Of a DNA stretch of 64,000 bases, positions 54,212 through 64,000 are shown piece by piece (the stretch's first letter is position 1; each line of letters opens with the position of its first letter). A model generated the notes under the pieces. The model was not told the DNA's origin. It worked only from the letters and a program-made list of their open reading frames with translations, and ran no database searches. The position numbers were made by a program, and so were the translations under genes. This stretch comes from Selaginella moellendorffii (lineage: Eukaryota > Plantae > Lycopodiophyta): assembly GCF_000143415.4 (NCBI RefSeq), contig NW_003314273.1:2838291-2902290 (forward strand), given 5' to 3'.

Positions 54212-56279
54212 ATGATGCGCGCGCACAGGTTAGTAGCGATCGATCGCGCTGTCGGCAGCGCCCGTGTTCGTGCTTCGTCATTGGCAGCCGTGGAGCAATG
54301 CATGAAGCTGGATGATGTTTCTGCTGACGAGCGCAAGGCCGCGAGCTGGGCCGTGGCGAGCTTCCTCAAAGACCTGGGATTGAAATCCCCGGAGGCAGCA
54401 GGGGTGCAACGCGCATCGCCAGTGTTCGCGAGGAAGGTAGCGGCGCTGGCCAAGGAAAATCTCGGCAGTGACGAGGCCAGGATCTCGATCAAGGAGCTCA
54501 AGGCGCTCTCCTCTCGGGTGTTGCAAGAGCGGCGGATCAATGTGGCTGAGGCGGTGCTGGAGAGCCTCGGCGGAGCTCCGGACTGGGTGGAAGCCAGTCT
54601 AGCGCTCGTCGACAGCAGCGAGAATGGAGTTTTCAATCTTCTCGAGATCACGAACAAGCTCCACAAGATTGGATTCGAGAGGAAGAAGATGTGGCTGGTC
54701 TTCGAGCACAACAGTTTGCTCTGGGCGAGCACGCCGCTGGATGTGGAGAACAGCATCGTCGCGCTCAAGAAGGTGGATGGAGGGAAGTTCTTGATGAGGA
54801 CCATCTTTTGCTGCCCGCTGCTCATCGGCCGATCGTCCCAGGAAGTTCTAAACGGTCTCGTGTGGGAGCTCGCTCGAGTTGGCGCTGACAAGAAGGATCT
54901 CTACAACCTCTTCATGCTCTTCCAGAAGAACCGGGAGTCTCCTCGCCCGGTCCCCGAGATCCTGGAGCGGCAGTGTGGATTCAGCAAAGCCGAGGTTCGC
55001 CGCCGGCTAACTTCCAACGCTCTCAAGCTCGCGTCGGAGGTGAATCACTCGCTGGAGCTCGCCATGAAGTGGTTTTCGAACGAAGGTGTCAAGGAAAACG
55101 ACTTTTGGAAGATGGTGGTCCATCGGCCGTCGGACTTCTGCCGCAGCACCGCTTCCTTGGACGAGCAAATGGCGTTTTTGACAGAGTGGGGCTTGTCACG
55201 ACCCGAGGCCTTGCAGATGCTCGTCAAGCACGCGTACAGTGTGATATGGAACGTCAGCATAGCCAAGACGAAGATCCAGTATTTGGTGGAAACGATGGGA
55301 TTCCCGGCGCAGACGATACTTTCGTGTCCGAAGTTTCTCTCCTGCAGCTTGGGACTGAAGATCCGGCCTCGCCACCGGGTGGTGGAGTTTCTGGAGAAGC
55401 AGGGAAAGATCGAGAGGCCGGCGTCGCTGCAGTACTTGATCCTGTCGGAGGAGGCGTTTTTGGATACTTATGGCAAGCTCCACCTGGATGCTGGTAGAGT
55501 TTACGCGGAAGCAAAAGGCCTCGCCAGCGCTGGAGATGAACAGCTACAGGAGGAGGAAGGTTTTAGCCAGCAAGGTCAGATTTCGTTCTTTATTCTTTCG
55601 CATTCATTGGGTATCTCACTCAAGAACTGAAATGGTGCGTGCAGGGGACGAGGCAGCTGAGACCGAAACTCTTGAAGCTGTCAAGAGCACACAAGTACTA
55701 CTACAGCTCAAAAGCCTGGGCGATCCAACTTCGGTATCCGTGGAACGAGCTCCCAACTTACGGAGCTCGTTGAGCAAGTTAGAGGGTGATCACGGTGGCG
55801 ATCTTGGAAAAGAGATCCGAGCTTCATCGAAGATCTCGGCTGCGCTGGAGCGCATTCAAAGCGACAACAGCAGTCCAACGACGAGTGACACTTCCAGGGA
55901 AGTACAGCAGATTAAACAAACTGGAGGTACTGCAACTCTAGCAGCGGCAGTAGCAACAGGATCAGTGGAAGAAATAGCAGTGGAAGAGGTGGCAGTGGAG
56001 GAAAAGGAGATAGCAGCAGGAGGAGTGGCATCAGCAAGCCGTGATCCTTGCGAGCATGCGAATGGAGTGAGCGCAAACCGGGCAGAAGCTCCACCAGAAG
56101 TTATGGCAGTGGAAGGAGGAGAAGCATCAAGCGCTGACGCTTGTTTCAAGGCTGGAAGAACTGGAGAGGGTGCTGCTGCTGCTCCGGAAGATCTCGACAG
56201 TGACGAAAGCCATGGCCGATCGAACAAGACCGGTGGAATCGTGGCGTTTTTCCGAAAGTTCTTCACCGGGAGCTCGTGA
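54212..56279 (+). CDS. mTERF family protein with an acidic low-complexity C-terminal exon
   Basis: KIQYLVETMG...ILSCPKFLSCSLGLKIRPRHRV...LILSEEAFL mTERF C-terminus. Intron 55575-55644 joins in phase to GDEAAETE...FFRKFFTGSS*. Confidence 0.85.
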
Positions 56280-56453
56280 AGAAAATTCTTGCGGTGTTTA
56301 GGATTAGGCAAAATGTTTATTGTTAAACAAAACCTGTGTTGTAAATTTAGAGGGAAAGGGTTTAAAAAGCGAGGTGAATTTAGGGTTAGGGCTTACCGAG
56401 AATTTTTTATTTTTGGTGTAGCTAACGAGATTTCGTGTCACCGAAGCACAGCC

Positions 56454-58930
56454 ATGGCCGCTTCAATGGCGCTGGGAGAGCTGTGGCACGCGTCCAATTA
56501 TTTTCTCGCTCAGATCGAGCCAGCAATCCTCGCTCTTGCGGCGCTCGCGGTTGGAGTGATCGCGCCATGGGTTTTGTCGGCGATCTCTTGTGCTTACTCT
56601 GCCGTGGAGGAGAAAGGTTAGCTCCAAATTTTCTTGCTCGTTGATTCCGATTGGTATTTGAATTCAGGCATTCAGCGCGTTCTTCTCAATCTATTTTTTC
56701 ACGCGTGTCGGTAAGCGATCTGGAAGAGCTTGACAAAATCTCTCCCCTTTTGTTTTTCAGGAAAATTCCTGGCGTCAGTGGCTACATTCTGAGAGAACAA
56801 AATAAGGTAGCATTCCTATATGTTTGGTTGTGAGGATTTGGAAGCTCCATTTCTTTATCTGATGTTGATTGCGATCAGGTCATAGACAAGTTAAATTCGA
56901 GTACTAAATCAAAGCGTTCTCGTTGGATATCAGAGCTTCCCAAGTCCGGTCTCGGCAACGGAGTGCTTGACTGGCTCAACTCTGAGAGGCAAAAGGACAT
57001 GAAATGGGAAGGAAAATGTTCTGGAACTGTGTAAGTCTTGACGAGCTGTCCTGTGCCTTGATAGAAGTTTTGCTTTCTAAATTCTTTCATCTTGTGTGGA
57101 CAGATATATTGGTGGAACGGATGCAGAACAGCATTTTTCTCTGTTGAACGAGGCATATGCACTGTAAGTCTCATCCAGCGATTAGAAGAAAATGTCGTAA
57201 CGATTCATGACAGATTTGCACACACGAATCCTTTACATGCAGACGTTTTTCCAAGCATAGCAAAGTTTGAGGCTGAAGTTGTCGCTATGACAGCCTCAAT
57301 ACTCGGCAGTAAAGAACTGGATGGCCAGGTGTGTGGAAACATGACTTCCGGTGGCACAGAGAGTATTCTAATGGCTGTTAAGTCGACTCGTGACTACATG
57401 CGAGCCACCAAAGGAATCACAAAACCAGAAATGTGAGTCCCGAAGTTAAGTCGTTTCTTTCTTTGTTCTTGTTTTCACTCGAGCTGCCAACTGCAGGATC
57501 ATTCCAGTGTCCGCTCACTCAGCGTACAACAAAGCGGCTCAGTATTTTCAGATCAAATTGAAGATCGCACCCGTGACTGGTAACCTCCAGGCTGACGTTA
57601 GCAGTATCAAACGACTGATCAACAAGAACACGATTATGGTAATTTTCACACGTTCGCAATGGTTAGCAACATTGTTTTGGCAGATTGTAGGATCGGCGCC
57701 AGGATTTCCTCACGGTGTTGTTGATCCTATAGAGGTTTGGACTTTGGACTGGACGCTATGGAAAGCTTCTCACTTTTCTTTTTCTCTCCTGTGCAAGGAG
57801 TTGGGCGCTCTTGCGATTAACAAGAGAGTCTGTTTTCACGTGGATCTCTGCCTAGGAGGTTTTGTTTTGCCGTTTGCTAGAAAGTTGGGGTGAGTCTTTC
57901 ATCGTCTTTTTCCTTGTGTAACGATACGATTTTTGCAGATATTCTATTCCGCCTTTTGACTTCTCGGTTCCGGGAGTCACTTCCATCTCCATCGATGTAC
58001 ACAAGTATGGTCTCGCTCCAAAAGGCACCAGTGTCGTGCTCTACCGAAATCACGAAATCCGGCGGGTATGTTCACTTTCTGGCTCAAAAGATTTAGTGTC
58101 ATCTCACTTTCACTTTCCTTTTCCTTTTCATTGGTCACAGCACCAATTTGTAGCAGGTTGTAAATCTCTGTTGACAAACTACCATGAAGTTGAAGGTCTT
58201 TTTCTTTCTTTATAGTCACGGATTGGTCTGGCGGGCTGTATATATCGCCATCCATGGCTGGAAGCAGGCCGGGAGCTCTGATAGCTGGTGCTTGGGCTGC
58301 ATTGGCATCTTTGGGAGAGGAAGGTTCGTCTCATCCTTTTTGGTCTTCGTCTCCTGCACTGAATTGTCTTTGACAGGGTACTTGAAAATCACGAAAAGTC
58401 TCATGGAGGCATCCAAAAAACTGAGGGACGGGTAAATATTAAGTGGTTCTTCGTTTCTTTTTTCTTGCCTCTTTAGCAATTCCTTTCAGAATACAAGAAA
58501 TTCCGGGATTATACGTGCTTGGAGACCCGGCAATGACAGTCATTGCGTTTGGATCGAACGACTGCGACATCTTTAGAGTGAACGACGCTATGTCGAGCAA
58601 GGGGTGGAGCCTTAACGCTCTACAAAAACCTTCCAGGTAAAAATCTCGTCACAGTGATTCGTGTGCTCATATAATTCGCAGTGTACATTTTTGTGTGACG
58701 CTCCAACACGTTGATGCTATCGACAAGTTGCTCGAGGACTTGCGCTGTGCTGTAAAAGAGGTAACGTGACCACTGAACTTGGATCCACCATAGCTTTGTT
58801 TTCACAGGTAAAAGAGAACCAAAGTGATATGGAAGAGGGAATGGCACCAATCTATGGAGCCGCTGGCAAAATGCCAGATCGTGGAATCATTGAAGACATA
58901 TTGATTGCTTACATGGACAACACATGCTAA
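56454..58930 (+). CDS. DPL1: Sphingosine/long-chain-base-1-phosphate lyase
   Basis: N-terminal TM segment, [48 protein letters not shown]-lysine [33 protein letters not shown]. Confidence 0.95.
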
Positions 58931-59446
58931 TAAAAATAATAATATAATAATATGATATTGTGAATGTGTGGAATATAGAAATGGAACATAAAAATGTGCA
59001 TATTCATTAGTCTAAAAACCATAATTTATATTTGGATTGGATTGTGAATGGTTTGGTGAAACCAATCCAATAGAATACAAATAAAGTCATGGGATATGTT
59101 TTTTCAATCCAACTCTTACTGACTATATGCTGTTCACATGTTCAAGATGGCCATGCCACAAAGTATGGTCCATAGCATCCAGGGAAAACATATGGGAAAT
59201 ATGTTTCCTATTCTCTATTGTTTTTTAGTGTTACATATTGTGGTGTTGAAAATTGAAAGAGCTATTTCGAGACTTGAAGCCATTGACAAAAGACTTGCCT
59301 CCAATTCTCCATTTTGGCAAGCCACTCCAAAACAATATTGCTGAATCTCTAAATCCAAGTTCTAGTGCTGAGTGACTGAACTCTTTTGCAAATTTATCTA
59401 TGACTTCTTGCCATGCTGGCCAGGTTTATCATTTTATCTCCTAGGT

Positions 59447-60313
59447 TTAAGACCTCCATATAGAAATTTGTAAATTAGTGTCATAAACAGTTGCAAATCC
59501 TTTATTATCTACACATAATGAAAATGTGACCCAAATGTTTTTCCAATATAAATTATAAGACCAAGCAACGTCATAGTTTTTATCATAAATTACTAAATTT
59601 CGATCTTTTTGTAGGTGAAGAAAACATTAACCATTAGTTTTGGTATCCCAAATTTTTTATTCTGTATATTATAGCACTAAATTACAATCAAATTGCATAA
59701 TTAAAATGTAAAACATATTTGGTGACTGCAAATATTATCCAGTATTTAAAATTGAAAAATAAGAGTAATATGGTCCACTTTTAATACACGTTTTATGTAT
59801 ATCACAATCTGAGGTAATATTTTTTTGATAACAATAATGAGTTGGAACTATACCACTAAATCTATTTAATTCATAATCAACACTATATGAGATTGAATAT
59901 AAAACGCCTATGTAGGTGACAGAACTATAAGTTGTAAAATCATTTATGACATATATATTTAATATACGATTAAATTCACGTTGTAAAGATTTACCAGTAT
60001 TTAAATTATACGTAAAAGGAATAATACTACAAAGATAATTATAATATCTTTTATATTCTTGTATATCAAAAGTTTCTATTGAAACAATTAAAATTTTCCC
60101 CTTTTCATATAGAACTTTAGACATTGAGAACCCCAAAAATATCCCTCTACAGTTTCCTACTTTTTCAATAAGGTTTTTTATTATAGGGATTATAATATTT
60201 TGTCTATGTTCAATTGTTATACCTTTTTGGTTTCCTCCATAATATTTTCTTACACATTTAATTAATGGCATAAATATGATTATTATAAGAACTAAATATT
60301 TAATAAGCTTCAT
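59447..60313 (-). pseudogene. Secreted orphan domain plus C-terminal bulb-type (GNA/B-) lectin domain; 288 codons in one frame with four internal TAA
   Basis: Signal peptide MKLIKYLVLIIIIFMPLIKC. The same frame continues ILNTG*YLQSPNMFYILIMQFDCNLVL*YTE*KIWDTKTNG*CFLHLQKDRNLVIYDKNYDVAWS...LCVDNKGFATVYDTNLQISIWRS*, with QxDxNxVxY motifs. Confidence 0.8.
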
Positions 60314-61564
60314 AGTTTAAAAATTATCTATAATTTTTATAAAAAAGAAAAGTTACTTCTTTAAACTAATTGTCACAACCTCAAACACAAGAAAGTGTAT
60401 GCATTTAAGAAGAAAGGAAAGAGAGATAAAAGGAGCAAGAGAGAGAGAGAGAGAGAAAGAAAAAATCTAGGGTGATTAGCCTTGATCACTTATACATCTT
60501 TAACCTAAGTATGTATGCCTCATGTATCTCAAATTTGAAACTTGTGAAGTAATGAAAAACCAAAAGAGAGAACCAGATAATAGAAGTATATTAAAGTTCT
60601 GAATAACACAATATGCTGTATATATATCTAAAGCAAAAAAACATAATTATCAAGCAAGTCTAATTATATTTTAATCTATGAATTTTAAAATTAAATGTTA
60701 TTAAAATATGTACATGTTCTTAAAAATTAAAACATGTGGCAGAATATAGAATTATTGATTTGTCTAATAGAATATTTAATAGTTATTGCCCAATTGTCCA
60801 ATTGGCTAACATAAACCATTTTATTTAGCAATCGTGTATTTGGTTGGACAAGGTTAAATAAATTTTCACAAGCAATTACCCTTGGCTTTATAGGTTTTGA
60901 GGGATAAATAATCATTAAATTATCTCTTATAGATTCATTTCCTCTTGATTAGATATAAATATATATAGAAAATGGATTAATACATGAATAACAGTGCAAT
61001 GGTCTTGAAATACTGAATAAAGGGTTTGATATTTGAATATTACATCTATGCAGACTCTATTGATTTGCTAAGAGAATTGCCATATGTTAAGATTGAAATT
61101 TGGAAATTAGTTAGCTTCTGTTGGTATTAGAGAGAGTGGGTTTCAAATCACCACATATTAAGAATGAGGCAAGAGATTTGTGGCATTCATGAGGATATTA
61201 ATTTGTAGGGATGCATTTGTTCACAATGGTGAGTGTGGTAACCATAAAATTGTATAGTCTGCCCAACTAAGTAGAAGCATAGGAAAGTTAAGTTTACTAG
61301 AGAAGAGCACATCATGTTGATATCAACCACAAAAAGGAGTAAATTGAAGGTTTCTGATAAATACACATTATTCTGGCACTTGATAATTGGCAATCAATAA
61401 GTTTGGAGCTTCATGGGTGTTATGAGCTCCAACACTGCCCACAAGCTAGTGAACCATTATAAGATGATATGGATGTTACAATCTTTGCCACTTGTTGGAA
61501 CTCAAGTGCTATATATCCCATCCAATCACGCTTCCATATGCCATACTTTAGAGCTAGAGACATC

Positions 61565-62159
61565 NNNNNNNNNNNNNNNNNNNNNNNNNNNNNNNNNNNN
61601 NNNNNNNNNNNNNNNNNNNNNNNNNNNNNNNNNNNNNNNNNNNNNNNNNNNNNNNNNNNNNNNNNNNNNNNNNNNNNNNNNNNNNNNNNNNNNNNNNNNN
61701 NNNNNNNNNNNNNNNNNNNNNNNNNNNNNNNNNNNNNNNNNNNNNNNNNNNNNNNNNNNNNNNNNNNNNNNNNNNNNNNNNNNNNNNNNNNNNNNNNNNN
61801 NNNNNNNNNNNNNNNNNNNNNNNNNNNNNNNNNNNNNNNNNNNNNNNNNNNNNNNNNNNNNNNNNNNNNNNNNNNNNNNNNNNNNNNNNNNNNNNNNNNN
61901 NNNNNNNNNNNNNNNNNNNNNNNNNNNNNNNNNNNNNNNNNNNNNNNNNNNNNNNNNNNNNNNNNNNNNNNNNNNNNNNNNNNNNNNNNNNNNNNNNNNN
62001 NNNNNNNNNNNNNNNNNNNNNNNNNNNNNNNNNNNNNNNNNNNNNNNNNNNNNNNNNNNNNNNNNNNNNNNNNNNNNNNNNNNNNNNNNNNNNNNNNNNN
62101 NNNNNNNNNNNNNNNNNNNNNNNNNNNNNNNNNNNNNNNNNNNNNNNNNNNNNNNNNNN
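61565..62159. other. Assembly gap
   Basis: Run of N. Confidence 1.
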
Positions 62160-62199
62160 TGTTAAGAACTCACATACTTCACAATCATCATTTTGAAGG

Positions 62200-64000
62200 T
62201 CCAAATAAGCCATTTCACAAAACCATCTATCTGTGAATGATAAGCACATATGAAAGTGTAGCATATCCGCAATAGAGATGTTAAAACATGAAATGCCTTA
62301 ACCATTATTGAAGAGAATCTGCTGTAAATAAAAATGCTAGAACACTACTTGATTGAGGAGGAAGTATCCAACAGTGGTTGTAAATGCACTAATAAAAGCA
62401 CCAACTTCCACCCAGTGAGTCAAGTAGCCAAAAGTAATAATGATATACTTATTGCCAGTAGTTAATTATGGAAAAGGCTTGTTAAATAAAATGCCATCAA
62501 CTCAAATGGACAAAAAACTATAATTGACTCCAATTGTCCTTCTATAGCATGAGGGGAGTATTATAAACTTGGCACCAAACATAGCTATGTATATATTGAA
62601 TAACATTATGTCGCATCTCCAGCAAATAAAAAGATATGCACAACTTTTTAGTCACATGACTATGTCCCATATGCTACATAGAATAGGAAAATCATAATAG
62701 ATGTGGAGAAAGTGTGGAATAAAGATCAAAGACATGACCAACTGTAAATAATCATTAGGATCTGTCCCTACAAAATAAGGAAGGTTATCTTTAAGATGAT
62801 ATTGAGAATGTAAATGCTGAAATGGCAAGTCATCAATAAATGATGTAAAATTCTTAAACCCATTGCATTGGATCCATGGCTTAACCTTTTGAGCCTCAAG
62901 AACCTTGTTAAGAGAAGGAACATCAAGTACAACAACTGTTGGCAACACAAAATCCTTATCTAGAAAATCCATAAATGCTGGAATAATAACTTTGTTAGGA
63001 ACATGAGAAGAGAGTAAAAAAAGAAAAGGGGCTTGAGAAAAAGCATAAGCATTAGTCATAAAACTCTTTAGTCAATGAACAAACTTGAAATTATATATCT
63101 AAAGCTTAAGAGCCCATTGAGTAGTCTCACCAACCAAATTCTTTTGCTTTACTAATAAAGTAACCACAACATGATCAACTTTCAATAATGTCCAAGAATC
63201 ATGCAAATATGCATAAAGTTTCTTAAAACCCCAAATTACTGCTAAACACTCCTTCTTTATCATAGAATAGTTCACCTTCACTAATTGTAATGTATGGCTG
63301 ATGTATATAGTTGGATGATGTTGACCAGGCACACTTATGCTCTCTTGCATCAAGCCCTTTAAACCAATATCATAAGCATCTACATACAAAAGTCGAATGT
63401 AATTAGGATATACCAAAATTGGAGGAGTTATTAATAACTCTTTGAGATCCATAAATGTTTATTTGCAATCCTTATACTAGATAAAAGATGATGTTGACGA
63501 CTTTAATAACACTCACAATATTGCAGTACAATCAGAAAAATGATCAATAAAATGATTAAAATATTACACCTTGCCCAAAAAGTATTGCACATCATTCACA
63601 CACTTCAGAGTAGAGAAATTTAGAACAGCCACAAGTTTGTTAAGATCAACTTATAAACCTTTATGAGAAATATGATACCCAAGGTAAGTCGTATCCTTAG
63701 ATCCAAAAACGCACTTTGGCAGCTTCAAATTTAAACTAACTTCTTGCAACCGATCTAGCACTTTATGAACATCACGAATGTGCTCCTCCCACATCACCTT
63801 TGAGTGGATCAAGACATCATTTATGAAGTTATCAGTCACCTTTAGCATATTGTAAAGAACCTTATCCATCATCTAGTAAAAAGTTGCTAAAGCATTGTTC
63901 AAACTAAATAATATTACCAAAAACTCGTACAAACCAAATGGTGTATAAAAAGTAGTCTTGGGAATATTTTCTTAGGCTATTAGAACTTGCTAGTACTAGA
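62200..64000 (-). mobile_element. Degenerate Ty3/gypsy LTR retrotransposon pol (RT-RNase H-integrase)
   Basis: RT: KTTFYTPFGLYEF, FINDVLIHS, LNLKLPKCVF, YLGYHIS. RNase H: YVDAYDIG, NYSMIKKECLAVIWGFKK. Integrase: GNKYIII..YLTHWVE. Order is RT-RH-INT, with many stops. Confidence 0.9.

Noticed and set aside
61413-62264. ORFs of 236-255 aa in the track
   Set aside because: Artefacts of translating through the N gap.

Overview
Eukaryotic, gene-dense land-plant DNA with many very short (about 50-100 bp) introns. Intron size and the style of the PLS-type PPR genes suggest a lycophyte such as Selaginella moellendorffii (inference, no database check). The window has three parts. (1) 1-11.6 kb is a rearranged, duplicated block of carotenoid-cleavage-dioxygenase (CCD/NCED-family) pseudogenes and PPR copies. 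It contains one intact 644-aa PLS-E PPR ORF, several decayed copies, and a 2.1-kb inverted repeat built from pieces of that PPR gene. (2) 11.6-58.9 kb carries about 17 genes: an ABRE-preceded small protein, a lesioned CWC25, NDR kinase, MKP1, PEAMT, LEUNIG/LUH, AlaAT, ankyrin-BTB, CBS-PB1, FAAH, an intronless P-loop ATPase, PHAF1/UPF0183, ICE/SCRM bHLH, SPOROCYTELESS/TIE-like EAR repressor, mTERF and S1P lyase, plus a probable unannotated spliced transcript. (3) 58.9-64 kb is AT-rich. It holds an orphan secreted protein whose frame continues through four in-frame TAA codons into a bulb-type (GNA) lectin domain missed by the ORF track, followed by a degenerate Ty3/gypsy pol. Best leads: the TAA-interrupted lectin gene, the PPR-derived hairpin (a candidate proto-MIRNA/siRNA locus), a candidate poison exon in LEUNIG, a microbial-type FAD-oxidase fragment, a candidate PEAMT CPuORF, and a near-match miR160 site in SCRM. 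All exon boundaries were read by eye.
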